Assembly: GCA_035645375.1 (NCBI GenBank)
Contig: DASQMR010000353.1
Location: forward strand, 12,555 to 76,554
Origin: Rubrobacteraceae bacterium
GTDB lineage: Bacteria; Actinomycetota; Rubrobacteria; Rubrobacterales; Rubrobacteraceae
Direction: 5' to 3'
DNA: 64,000 nucleotides
Both the position numbers and the translations under genes were made by a program. How positions within the stretch are numbered: the first letter of the stretch is position 1; every line of letters begins with the position of its first letter. The notes under the pieces are model-generated. The model worked only from the letters and a program-made list of their open reading frames with translations, had not been told where the DNA came from and did no database searches. Shown in pieces: positions 52,973-62,244 of this stretch.

Positions 52973-54344
52973 GAGCTAATCTCTCCTTCAACTTTCGGGT
53001 CAAACGATCTAATCCTACACCCCTCGACCCCTTGACGACTACGTAGTCGCCTCCTCTTAGCTCGCTTTGTAGACCATCAGCCGCCTCCTCGGCGCCCTCA
53101 TAGAAGCGCGTCTCGCCCGAAAAAGCCTCAGCGTACCAGCGGGCCTCGGCTCCCACGCACACCAGCAGATCCACCCCAACCTCTCGCGCGAGCCGTCCGG
53201 CCTCCCGATGGTACTCTCTTGCCCCGGCACCGAGCTCGAACATCCCGCCAAGAACGGCGACGAGGCGACGGTTCTGCCGCCTAGCTCCCTCCGCCCCGTA
53301 CCTCAAAACCGCCGCGACCGCCGCCGGTGAGGCGTTGTAGGAGTCGTCGTAGACAAGTATGTCGTCCCGGAGCCGGTACACCTCTCCCCTTAAGCCCGTC
53401 CGCCGCAGCCTCTGCAACCCCCGGGCACACTCCTCAGGCCGCAGGCCCAAAGCCACAGCGCCTCCAACCGCCGCCAGCAGCGGGGTTACGAGGTGAGTTC
53501 CAAAGACGGGGCTCTTGACCTCCACTTGATGTTCTTCCGACTCTTCCTTGAGGTGCAGAGTAAAGCAGAGCCCCTCTTCCAACTCCAGGATATCCGTCGC
53601 CCAGAGGTTAGCATTGTCATCAGAGCCGAAGGTGAAGCGCCGCGCCAGCTTGCGCCCGGGTCCCGCTGCCGCCTCCGGAATGCCGAGCGGGGAGACGAGG
53701 ACCCCGCTCGGCGGCAGGGCCATAGCGAGCTCACCCTTAGCGGCGGCCAGCCCTTCAAGGTCTCCGAAGGAGTCGAGGTGGACCGGGGATACCGCCGTGA
53801 GAACGCCGACTTCGGGCGGCGCGATCTCGCAGAGGTGGGCAATATCTCCTTTATGAGTCGCCCCCATCTCCAAGACCAACACCTCCGTTCTCTCGTTCGA
53901 GGAGAGAACCGTGAGGGGGAGGCCTATCTCGTTGTTGAAGTTTCCGGCCGTCGCAGAGACTTTAAGACCACTGGCACGAAGTATCGCCTCTAGCGCGTCC
54001 TTTACGGTGGTCTTGCCAACGGTACCAGTGATTCCGACGACCGTCGGGACATCGTCTTGCAAGAGGCTCCACCGGGCCAACTCCTGCAACGCGACCAGCG
54101 GGTCTTCGACCACCACCGTCGGTCCCGAGAGCGGGCGGGAAGCAACCGTCACGACCGCCCCGCGGAGACGCGCCTCGGCGGCAAAGTCTGCACCGTCCAC
54201 CCTCCCTTTAAGCGCGAAGAATAGATCCCCGCGGCGCACCGACCGCGAGTCTACAGACGCCCCCGTTGCTAGCTGTGACTCGTCAGCGCCGACCAGGGAG
54301 CCGCCAACCGCCTGAGCTACAGATGCTAAAGAGACGGGTTTCAA
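52965..54344 (-). CDS. murF: UDP-MurNAc-tripeptide-D-Ala-D-Ala ligase
   Basis: ITGTVGKTT, NNEIGLP, DDSYNASP, MFELG, KGSRG. Confidence 0.95.
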   Translation of the reverse strand: MKPVSLASVAQAVGGSLVGADESQLATGASVDSRSVRRGDLFFALKGRVDGADFAAEARLRGAVVTVASRPLSGPTVVVEDPLVALQELARWSLLQDDVPTVVGITGTVGKTTVKDALEAILRASGLKVSATAGNFNNEIGLPLTVLSSNERTEVLVLEMGATHKGDIAHLCEIAPPEVGVLTAVSPVHLDSFGDLEGLAAAKGELAMALPPSGVLVSPLGIPEAAAGPGRKLARRFTFGSDDNANLWATDILELEEGLCFTLHLKEESEEHQVEVKSPVFGTHLVTPLLAAVGGAVALGLRPEECARGLQRLRRTGLRGEVYRLRDDILVYDDSYNASPAAVAAVLRYGAEGARRQNRRLVAVLGGMFELGAGAREYHREAGRLAREVGVDLLVCVGAEARWYAEAFSGETRFYEGAEEAADGLQSELRGGDYVVVKGSRGVGLDRLTRKLKERLALV

Positions 54345-56218
54345 CGGAATCTATCCTCTTTCTTCGCATCCGGGGCGGGAGTAGGGTCTGGCGGGGGCGG
54401 TTCGTCCTTCGTGCTCTCGCGGTCCGGGGGAACGTTGAAGTACCCGAGGGTAAAGCCCATGACGTCTTGGAACGCTGGGGCTGCAACGACTTCCCCGAAG
54501 AGATCCTTCTGCGGTTCATCCACCGCTATTAGGGTGAGATACTCGGGATTGCTGGCGGGCGCGAAACCGATAAAGGAGGTTAAGTATTCGTCGCCGTAGA
54601 GTCCGGTATCGGGGTCAACCTTTTGCGCGGTACCGGTCTTTCCGGCCACGGTATAACCCGGGATCGAGGCAAGGTGACCCGTCCCTTCGTCGACCACGCT
54701 CTGGAGCATCCCGCGTACTATAGTCGAGGTCTCCTCGCTTATCACCCGGCGTCCGGGACCTCCGGGGGCAGCACTTTGGGTCACATAGGGCGTCACCTGC
54801 AGCCCGCCGTTAGCGAGGGCTGAGTAAGCGGCGGCGAGCTGCAACGGCGTGACGGTAAGCCCCTGACCGATCGGAATGTTCCCGATAGAAGAGCCGCTCC
54901 AGTTCTCGAACGCCGGCACTACGCCCACATTCTCTCCCCAGAGGTCCACCCCAGTTTCCTCCCCGAACCCGAAGCCTCTCATGTGATCGCTCAGGCGCTC
55001 GCCGCCGAGGAGTTGGGCCACCTGAATAGTCCCGACGTTGCTCGACTCGGTGAGTATACCCTCGGTGTTTAAAACTTTTGTCTCGTGCTTCTCGGAGTCG
55101 TATATCACCCGGTCTGCAACCGCGATGGAGTCCGGTACGATAAACGTATCTTTCTGAGTAACGGCCTCTTCTTCAAGGGCCGCCGCCATCGTAAACGCCT
55201 TGAAGGTCGAGCCAGGCTCGTAGGAGTCGGTCAGTACACGGTCTCGCTTATCTTCCTCGAAGGCCTCCCCGAAGTCGTTGTTGTCGTAGCCGGGAGAGTT
55301 TGCGAGGGCTACTATAGCTCCGTCCTCGACGCGCATCACGAGCCCGAAGGCATGTTTGCCCTCGTACTTCTTCGTAGCTTTGGCGAGCGCCTCTTCCAAC
55401 TCCTGCTGAACGGCGGCATCCACGGTCAGGTTCAACTGGTGCCCGCTCTTGAGAGCGTCATCGTAACGAGCCTCGACCCCTCCGTAGGCCACGTCGGTCC
55501 CCAAGTAACCTAAGAGTTGGCTCGCAAGCGGGCCGTTCGGATACACTCGGGTCTCATCAGGCTCTACCGAGATACCCGGAAGGTTTAGCTTCTGCACCTC
55601 GCGCGCCTCATCGGGCTCAACCTCCTCCGCCACGATACTGTAACCGACGAGCTCGCCGTCGTCGTTCTCTTCTGCAAGTTTTCCCTCGATCTCTTCCGCG
55701 TCACCAGCCTTAGAGCCGAGTAATCCGTCGAGGACCTCCGCGGTATCTTTGGGATCTTTGATCTGGTACGGGGTAGCGATTACCTTCGCCGCGTCCAGGC
55801 TCGTCGCGAGCGGCTGACCGTCAGCCGCGATTATGGCCCCCCTACCCTGGCCGTAGCTGGGTTGCTCGGAGGCGAGCGCATCGTTAGAAAGGGCGCGGAT
55901 GCGCTCATCGTCTACGAAGCTCAACTGAACCGCCCGCACCCCTAAAGAGACGCAGACTAGCGCAACCGCCCCTGCCACAACCCGGAGCCGCCAGTGACCA
56001 ACCTTCTTTACCGCCCCCTGGCGCGCCGGACCGGACCTGCGCCCCGACTTACGACCTTGTATCCGGCTTTGCGGCAGCGGTACGACCTTTGCGCCGACGC
56101 GGCCGCGGACCCGGCTGCTTTTTCGGGAGCCCTTGACGGAAGGGCGAACCACGCCCCTCGCGTTTCTCGGACCAGGGGCGTTACTCACCCGCTCCTTTTT
56201 TACTCTCCTCCCCGCCAT
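54341..56218 (-). CDS. ftsI: Class B penicillin-binding protein (FtsI)
   Basis: RGAI, EPGSTFK (SxxK), SSN, KTG. Confidence 0.93.
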   Translation of the reverse strand: MAGRRVKKERVSNAPGPRNARGVVRPSVKGSRKSSRVRGRVGAKVVPLPQSRIQGRKSGRRSGPARQGAVKKVGHWRLRVVAGAVALVCVSLGVRAVQLSFVDDERIRALSNDALASEQPSYGQGRGAIIAADGQPLATSLDAAKVIATPYQIKDPKDTAEVLDGLLGSKAGDAEEIEGKLAEENDDGELVGYSIVAEEVEPDEAREVQKLNLPGISVEPDETRVYPNGPLASQLLGYLGTDVAYGGVEARYDDALKSGHQLNLTVDAAVQQELEEALAKATKKYEGKHAFGLVMRVEDGAIVALANSPGYDNNDFGEAFEEDKRDRVLTDSYEPGSTFKAFTMAAALEEEAVTQKDTFIVPDSIAVADRVIYDSEKHETKVLNTEGILTESSNVGTIQVAQLLGGERLSDHMRGFGFGEETGVDLWGENVGVVPAFENWSGSSIGNIPIGQGLTVTPLQLAAAYSALANGGLQVTPYVTQSAAPGGPGRRVISEETSTIVRGMLQSVVDEGTGHLASIPGYTVAGKTGTAQKVDPDTGLYGDEYLTSFIGFAPASNPEYLTLIAVDEPQKDLFGEVVAAPAFQDVMGFTLGYFNVPPDRESTKDEPPPPDPTPAPDAKKEDRFR

Positions 56219-56591
56219 CTACTACGTCCTCCCCTTCGCTCCCGTAAGTCCAAAGATCTTTGCCGCCTGGGTCTTTCATCCCGAGGCTTTTTCTAGCCTC
56301 CTCGCGGACGGTCGCCGATTCGGACAGTTCCGCGACCTGCACATCGATCCTCTCACCTTCAGCCTCGGCCGCCGCCTTCTCCTCCTCGAGGCGGGCAGCC
56401 TCCGCACCGGTCCCGACCGCAGCGGTATGCGCATAGACGCTCCCGAGCATAAGCGCCGCCGGAACTAGTACGAGCACTGCGAATGCCCTCCAAGACCCAG
56501 CGCCGTCTTTCCTCCCCTCCGGCCTTTTTCTCCGGACGGGACCCTGCGCCGAGCGGCGCGCCGCTACCGGCCTACTCTGTGGCGCCGCCAT
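56181..56591 (-). CDS. ftsL: FtsL-like cell division protein
   Basis: Basic N-terminus, TM, coiled coil, ARKSLGM; between rsmH and ftsI. Confidence 0.78.
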   Translation of the reverse strand: MAAPQSRPVAARRSAQGPVRRKRPEGRKDGAGSWRAFAVLVLVPAALMLGSVYAHTAAVGTGAEAARLEEEKAAAEAEGERIDVQVAELSESATVREEARKSLGMKDPGGKDLWTYGSEGEDVVDGGEESKKGAGE

Positions 56592-57547
56592 CAGGCGAGT
56601 TCCTCTGGCGGCAAACCGGCCTGAGGCGGCTCTTCGGCGCGCAGGGCTGCACGCAGGCGAGCAGATGCGCTGCGGGGGTTCTCCTCTATCTCCCGCTTCG
56701 AGGGCTTTCGGACTACGCCTTTACGCCAGGCCGGTCGAGCCCCGCATGCACAAATCGGCAGCTCCGGCGGGCATACGCATTCTCTGGTCCGCTCGGAGAT
56801 AAAGCGCTTCACCATCCGGTCTTCCCCGGAGTGAAACGTGATCGCCACGAGCCGCCCTCCTGCCACCAGCAACCTCTCCGCTGCCTCAAGCGCCCGCCTC
56901 AAACCGCCCAACTCGTCGTTCACGTAGACCCGCACCGCCTGAAAGACCTTCTTTGCGGGGTTGCCTCCTCTCTCCTTCCAGCCGACCGCAGCCCGGACCG
57001 CCGCCGAAAGCTCGAGCGTAGTGCCGAGGGGACGCCGGCGCACGACCTCCCTAGCCACCCGCCGCGCCTCGCCAGGCGCCACGTCGCCGTAACGGACGAG
57101 CATCTCGGAGATCTCCGACGCCTCAGCCTCGTTCAAGAAATCAGCCGCCGATATTCCACGATCCGGGTCCATTCGCATATCGAGCGGCCCCTCCTGAACA
57201 TAGCTAAAGCCTCTTCCGGCCTCGTCTATCTGGTAGCTAGACAGCCCGAGATCAAAGAGGATAGCGTCTACCTTCTCCCCCTCCCCAACCAGCTCCCTTA
57301 GTACCTGGTCGTAGCCCCCTCTCCTGAAGATGAAACGCGGCTCCTCCCCAACCAAGAGGCGAGCCCTCTCCGCCGCTTCAGGATCTCGGTCTATACCGAT
57401 CAGCCGTCCTTCAGGCCCAAGCTCGCCGAGTATCCTTCGGGTGTGTCCTCCGCCGCCGAAGGTGGCATCCACTACCGTTTCAGCGCCCGCTATGGCGAGC
57501 GCTGAAACGGCTTCGTCGATCAGCACCGGGTAGTGTCCAGCCGCCAT
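56591..57547 (-). CDS. rsmH: 16S rRNA m4C1402 methyltransferase
   Basis: HYPVL, DATFGGGGH, DLGLSS, LDMRM, FHSGEDR, NPRSASARLR. Confidence 0.97.
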   Translation of the reverse strand: MAAGHYPVLIDEAVSALAIAGAETVVDATFGGGGHTRRILGELGPEGRLIGIDRDPEAAERARLLVGEEPRFIFRRGGYDQVLRELVGEGEKVDAILFDLGLSSYQIDEAGRGFSYVQEGPLDMRMDPDRGISAADFLNEAEASEISEMLVRYGDVAPGEARRVAREVVRRRPLGTTLELSAAVRAAVGWKERGGNPAKKVFQAVRVYVNDELGGLRRALEAAERLLVAGGRLVAITFHSGEDRMVKRFISERTRECVCPPELPICACGARPAWRKGVVRKPSKREIEENPRSASARLRAALRAEEPPQAGLPPEELA

Positions 57548-57987
57548 CAAACCCCGAACTCCCTGCCGGCGAACTCCTCGACTATCTCCGCAAACGAGTC
57601 ATCAGCGCCAGAAACGTATCGCTCCCACTCAGCGGTATCCCAAACCTCCAGCCGATCATCTACACCAGTGAGTGTGACATCGCGGTTCAGGCCCGCGTAC
57701 CGGGCAAGCTTGGCCGGGATCAAAACTCGCCCCTGCCTGTCCAACGCTGCCTCGAAAGCCATCGAGAAGAACATTCGACTTAGCTGGCGTCCCTTGGCGG
57801 AGAGGTCAGCGTTAGCCTTTATGTTCGCCTTAAACGTAGCCCACTCCTCGGGCGGAAACGCAAACAGACACCGGTCAACTCCCTTCGTAATAACGATACC
57901 GCCCTCGAAATAGGACCGGAGTCGGGAGGGGAGAGTCAGCCGCCCTTTCTCATCCAGGGTGTGCTCATACTCTCCGAGAAGGGCCAG
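57547..57987 (-). CDS. mraZ: MraZ transcriptional regulator (probable CTG start)
   Basis: Manual translation: (L/M)ALLGEYEHTLDEKGRLTLPSRLR...LDRQGRVLIP...LEVW, 146 aa; the ORF track shows only the last 75 aa. Confidence 0.93.
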   Translation of the reverse strand: MALLGEYEHTLDEKGRLTLPSRLRSYFEGGIVITKGVDRCLFAFPPEEWATFKANIKANADLSAKGRQLSRMFFSMAFEAALDRQGRVLIPAKLARYAGLNRDVTLTGVDDRLEVWDTAEWERYVSGADDSFAEIVEEFAGREFGV

Positions 57988-57998
57988 GACCTCGTCCT

Positions 57999-58023
57999 CC
58001 CATTACGTCCCACTTTGACCCAC
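57999..58023 (-). promoter_or_regulatory. MraZ operator repeats
   Basis: GTGGG-N5-GTGGG-N5-ATGGG with 10-bp period directly upstream of mraZ. Confidence 0.8.
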
Positions 58024-58032
58024 GACGCCGAA

Positions 58033-58061
58033 ATTGTCGCATATGCTGGAAAAACTCGCAA
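58033..58061 (-). promoter_or_regulatory. Putative dcw promoter
   Basis: TTGCGA-N17-GACAAT with a TG extension, just upstream of the MraZ repeats. Confidence 0.45.
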
Positions 58062-58349
58062 CGCAAGCCTCTTTTTCAGGCTCTTAGAGCTCGCAGAAAC
58101 TGTGTTTTCGCTCTTTAGACCCTCCCCCCAAGGGTTATGGAATCCCTATGGATCAATCTCAAAAACTATGCTAGTAGCCTTGGCTCAGGCACGGGCACAG
58201 ATCCTCTGAGGGAGTATCGCTGCGGTACATATAGTAGGGTCGACGCCTTCGAACATGACATGTTGGGCTATCAAAGAACAGTTAAGAAGATCGTGTAGAC
58301 AGGAAGGATACTCAGCGGTGCTCTACGCCTCGCTGGAGTCTCTAAAGGG

Positions 58350-58423
58350 TGGGCCCACCAGGACTCGAACCTGGGACCGTCCGATTATGAGTCGGATGCT
58401 CTGACCAACTGAGCTATGGGCCC
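58350..58423 (-). tRNA. tRNA-CAT, probably Ile2 (lysidine type)
   Basis: GGGCCCA acceptor stem, anticodon loop CTCATAA, GTTCGA T-loop, discriminator A. No C1:A72 mismatch, so not an initiator. CCA not encoded. Confidence 0.9.
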
Positions 58424-58438
58424 GGAGATGGGCGGCGG

Positions 58439-58510
58439 CTGCCCTGGTAGGACTCGAACCTACAACCCTCCGGTTAACAGCCGGATGCTCTGCCATTGAG
58501 CTACAGGGCA
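58439..58510 (-). tRNA. tRNA-Asn(GTT)
   Basis: TGCCCTG acceptor stem, anticodon loop CTGTTAA, GTTCGA T-loop, discriminator G. Confidence 0.95.
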
Positions 58511-58552
58511 AAGTGCTTCAGATCGAAAGTATAAGGCTCAAGGAGTTAGGCT

Positions 58553-60340
58553 TCAAGATTCGAGGGTGAGATTGCTCGCCTCTACAGCGGCCTTACGGAG
58601 GCGTTTGGTCTCTAGGTGCAGCCGGTACTTTTCGTCGAAGTCCTCGGTGAGGAGCTTCGTCCTCTCGCGGCTCAGGGAGGCGAGCCGGAACCAAGCCGCG
58701 CGCAACGAGGCCTCAGAAGGGTAGAGTCTCTCACCCTCCGCTCGGATCGCGGCGATCTCGTCGAACAAAGCCCTGGCTCTATCGTCGGAGAGGACGGTAT
58801 CCAAGTCCTCCCCCGCGTGCTCGGCCAGGAGCGCGAAGATGCTGCCCTGTGACTCCTCGCCAAAGTCTTCAAAACCTAATATGACGGGAGCATCGAGGAG
58901 ATCCGGAGCCTCCATACCCGAGCGCACAACATCAGCAGCCAAGTCTGGACGAGCTAGCATCAGGGCAAGGAGCTCGCGTCCGGCTTCGACAAAGGGATCC
59001 ACTGGAACCTTGCGCGCCCTGCCGTGAGACGAAACGCGTTTAGTTCCGTTTGCAATTCCAGACTCCTCGCGGAGAGCCTCTGGGTCTACACCTAAGGCCT
59101 CGGCCGCGAGGCGGAAGGCTTCGCGGTTAAGAACGGGATCTTCAATTCGGCTCAGAAGGGCCTTTATCTCGGGTACAGCGCGTGCACGACTCGCGGAGCC
59201 TGCACCATGGGCGCGTCTGACGACGCGCCGTATCCCGTATTCGAGGATCGGAATCGCCTCCGAGAGGAGGTTTGTAAACTCCTCAGGAGCGTGCACGAGA
59301 AGCCAGTCAGCCGGATCTTGAGGGAGGCGCAAAACCCGGAGGTCCAGCTTGAGCTCGGTAGCCGTTAGCATGACCCTCTCGACTGCCTTCTCGCCCGCCT
59401 CGTCCGGGTCGAAGAGCAAGTAGATCTTCTCAGCGTGCCCACTCAACGTCTTTAAGTGCTGCTCCGTCATCGCAGTTCCCAGAGTAGCCACCGCATTCTT
59501 TATCCCCGCCTGAAAGAGCATCAGTACGTCCGTGTACCCCTCGACAACAAGGGCCGCCTTCTCGCGACGCATAGCTTCGGCAACCTGTGGAAATCCGTAG
59601 AGTAGAGAGCGCTTGTTAAATAGCGCGGTCTCGGGGGAGTTAAGGTACTTAGGCTTCGCGTCACCCAAGGAGCGCGCGCCGAAGCCTACGATCCTACCGC
59701 GCCGGTCTGAGATTGGAAACGTCACTCGATCCCCGAACCGCTCCCCTCCGCGTGAAGAGAGTAACCCCGCCTCCTCCAACGCCTCGCGCTCCAGCCCCAC
59801 CCCCCGAGCTGCCTGAATAAACCCCGCACTCCCACGTGGCGGCGCATACCCTAAGCGAAATTCTTCTATAGTAGAATAGTTGAAGCCCCGCTGCTTGAGG
59901 TATTGGCGCGCCTCTTTAGCAGCGGGAGATTTGAGCAGATACTTATGATAATAAGCGGTTGCAGCGGCGAGGGCCTTGTAGGCCGAGCGACGGCGGGCGC
60001 TGCGTCGTTCGGCGGACCTCTCTTCCTCGGGAGAGCTGCCCTCCAGCCGGAGCTCAACCCCGAAGCGTTCCGCGAGGTGCGATACCGCCTCGGCGAAGGA
60101 GAAGGACTTCAGCTCCATCACCAGCTTTATGGCATCGCCGCCGCGTGAACAGCCAAAGCAATAGTAGAAGCTCTTGTCGGGGGATACGCTAAAGGAGGGT
60201 GTTTTCTCGTTGTGATCCGGGTAGGGGCAGAGTCCGGAGAGGCGTGCGCCTACCCGACGGAGGGCGGTGAATTCGGAAGCGACCTCAGCTATCTGTGCAG
60301 CCTCGCGCACCTCCTCGATACTCTGTGGCGTGATCCTCAA
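58553..60340 (-). CDS. dnaG: DNA primase
   Basis: CPYPDH...CFGC zinc finger, KYLNSPET, EGYTDV, FDPDEAG. Confidence 0.97.
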   Translation of the reverse strand: MRITPQSIEEVREAAQIAEVASEFTALRRVGARLSGLCPYPDHNEKTPSFSVSPDKSFYYCFGCSRGGDAIKLVMELKSFSFAEAVSHLAERFGVELRLEGSSPEEERSAERRSARRRSAYKALAAATAYYHKYLLKSPAAKEARQYLKQRGFNYSTIEEFRLGYAPPRGSAGFIQAARGVGLEREALEEAGLLSSRGGERFGDRVTFPISDRRGRIVGFGARSLGDAKPKYLNSPETALFNKRSLLYGFPQVAEAMRREKAALVVEGYTDVLMLFQAGIKNAVATLGTAMTEQHLKTLSGHAEKIYLLFDPDEAGEKAVERVMLTATELKLDLRVLRLPQDPADWLLVHAPEEFTNLLSEAIPILEYGIRRVVRRAHGAGSASRARAVPEIKALLSRIEDPVLNREAFRLAAEALGVDPEALREESGIANGTKRVSSHGRARKVPVDPFVEAGRELLALMLARPDLAADVVRSGMEAPDLLDAPVILGFEDFGEESQGSIFALLAEHAGEDLDTVLSDDRARALFDEIAAIRAEGERLYPSEASLRAAWFRLASLSRERTKLLTEDFDEKYRLHLETKRLRKAAVEASNLTLES

Positions 60341-60619
60341 GCTCTGCCATTCCTCCTTCGTTGCGTCGTTACACGAATATTACCGGGGGCTGGCAGCGTC
60401 GAACAGAGCAGATACAGTTTGTAGACGGCTACGGTCTTTAAGTCAGTAGAGTTTACCGAGGACTGCGTCGGGCTCTGAGACCTTTAATCTGGAGAGTGCC
60501 TAAAATTGTATCGAAAGCCGAAGATATGGAACTTCCCGTACAACGAGCTCTTTCAGAGGTTGTTCGAGGTATACCAGAGCGATCCTCTGGCTTTCGCGAC
60601 GCATAGCAGCTCGAGCTGA

Positions 60620-61204
60620 CTACCTCTCTTTCGGCTCGATCCATGTTCTCGTTTCCGGCGGGACGTAGCTATCCATCAGGTCGAGCAACTGCTCTGGATG
60701 ATCACCGGTGAGAACGAGAGAGCGATGGTCAGGCCGAACGAAGCCCTCGCTTACAGCCTTATCGAATAGCGAGGCGAGCGGCGCGTAGAAGCCATCCACG
60801 TCGAGCAGTGCACACGGCTTCCCATGTATGCTGAGCTGTGCCCAGGAGAGAACTTCCAGGAACTCCTCCAAAGTTCCATAGCCGCCGGGCAGCGTCAGGA
60901 ATCCATCTGAGAGATCGGACATAAGCGCCTTACGCTCGTGCATAGATCCAACGACGTGTAGTTTCGTAAGGCCCGCGTGGGCGATCTCATTGGAGACGAG
61001 CGCCTCGGGGATAACGCCAACGACCTCGCCGCCTTTCTCTAGCGCCGCGTCCGCGAGGGCGCCCATGAGTCCAACACTTCCCCCGCCATAGATCACCCTA
61101 ATGCCTCTCCTGGCGAGTTCGACCCCCGTTAGTCGCGCCGCCGCCGCGTAAGCTGGGCGCGTCCCCTTATTGGAACCACAAAATACACATATAGAATCCA
61201 TCAT
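60620..61204 (-). CDS. LOG family nucleotide phosphoribohydrolase
   Basis: CVFCGS, YGGG...GLMG, MHERK, PGGYGTLEE. Confidence 0.93.
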   Translation of the reverse strand: MMDSICVFCGSNKGTRPAYAAAARLTGVELARRGIRVIYGGGSVGLMGALADAALEKGGEVVGVIPEALVSNEIAHAGLTKLHVVGSMHERKALMSDLSDGFLTLPGGYGTLEEFLEVLSWAQLSIHGKPCALLDVDGFYAPLASLFDKAVSEGFVRPDHRSLVLTGDHPEQLLDLMDSYVPPETRTWIEPKER

Positions 61205-61257
61205 AACCCTCTCTCCGTCGCGTAGCATACGCACCTCTCGACTACAAAAGCCAAAGA

Positions 61258-62244
61258 TTATTCGAAAATGGCGTCGGTACGAGGCAAGAAGATACGTTTG
61301 TACGTTGCGAGCGCGTAACGGTCGGTCATACCAGCGACAAAATCAAGGGTTTCGACGACGGGGTCAGGGTCGCTCTTTGCTCGCTCCTTGGGCCTTTCGA
61401 GATAGTACTCGAAGAGGGCGGCGACCACGGCCCCGGCCTTGCGGCTCTCGCGCGCGAGCGGGTTATGGTAGACGTTTTTGAATAGCCAGGTTCGTAGCTG
61501 CATTAGAGCGCCGTATACCTCTTCGGAGAGGGCTACCTCTCCCCTTTCTCTAGACGTTGAGATCATGTCGCGCACCAGGGTGTTTATCCGTACGCTCGTT
61601 CGATTCCCAAGCACCTCCAAGGCCGTTCCTGGAAGATTCTCTGAGGAGATAACCTCCGCCCGCAGAGCATCGTCGACATCGTGGTTTACGTAAGCTATCC
61701 GATCCGCGAGGCGTACGATCTCACCCTCTCGCGTGCGTGGATAACCCTTTCCGGTATGGTTGAGAATGCCGTCTCTGACCTCGTGGGTGAGGTTTAGCCC
61801 TCGTCTTTCCTTTTCAAGGACATCCACAACCCTCAAGGAGTGCTCATTATGCCGGAAGCCGCGCTCGTGACCGAGGCTCGCCAGGACATGGGAGAGGGCT
61901 TCTTCCCCCGTATGCCCGAAAGGAGTGTGCCCGAGATCATGGCCTAAAGCTATAGCTTCGGTAAGGTCTTCGTTGAGACCTAGTGAACGCGCGACGGTGC
62001 GGGACACCTGCATCATCTCCAACGTGTGCGTCAGACGGGTGCGGAAATGATCGCCGTCAGGGGAGATGAAGACCTGCGTCTTGTGCATAAGTCGGCGGAA
62101 AGCTTTCGCGTGGATGATGCGATCCCGGTCGCGCTGGAACTCGTTACGAACCCCGTCTGGCGGCTCGGGCACTAGCCGTCCGGCGCTTGTCTCACAGGCC
62201 CACCCAGCCGGAGGCCTGAGTTGCTCTGAGGCTCTCTCTCTCAC
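61258..62244 (-). CDS. dgt: dGTP triphosphohydrolase-like HD protein
   Basis: FQRDRDRI, KTQVF, RTRLTH, HDLGHTPFGH, AGMTDRY; GTG start overlapping the recO stop. Confidence 0.94.
   Translation of the reverse strand: MRERASEQLRPPAGWACETSAGRLVPEPPDGVRNEFQRDRDRIIHAKAFRRLMHKTQVFISPDGDHFRTRLTHTLEMMQVSRTVARSLGLNEDLTEAIALGHDLGHTPFGHTGEEALSHVLASLGHERGFRHNEHSLRVVDVLEKERRGLNLTHEVRDGILNHTGKGYPRTREGEIVRLADRIAYVNHDVDDALRAEVISSENLPGTALEVLGNRTSVRINTLVRDMISTSRERGEVALSEEVYGALMQLRTWLFKNVYHNPLARESRKAGAVVAALFEYYLERPKERAKSDPDPVVETLDFVAGMTDRYALATYKRIFLPRTDAIFE

Noticed and set aside
58250-58266. Possible LexA box (CGAAC...GTTGG)
   Set aside because: Spacer is 7 nt instead of 4 and the right half-site mismatches
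58200-58350. Integrated element at the tRNA 3' end
   Set aside because: No integrase and no duplicated att sequence seen
58323-58511. 62-aa ORF
   Set aside because: Overlaps two tRNA genes
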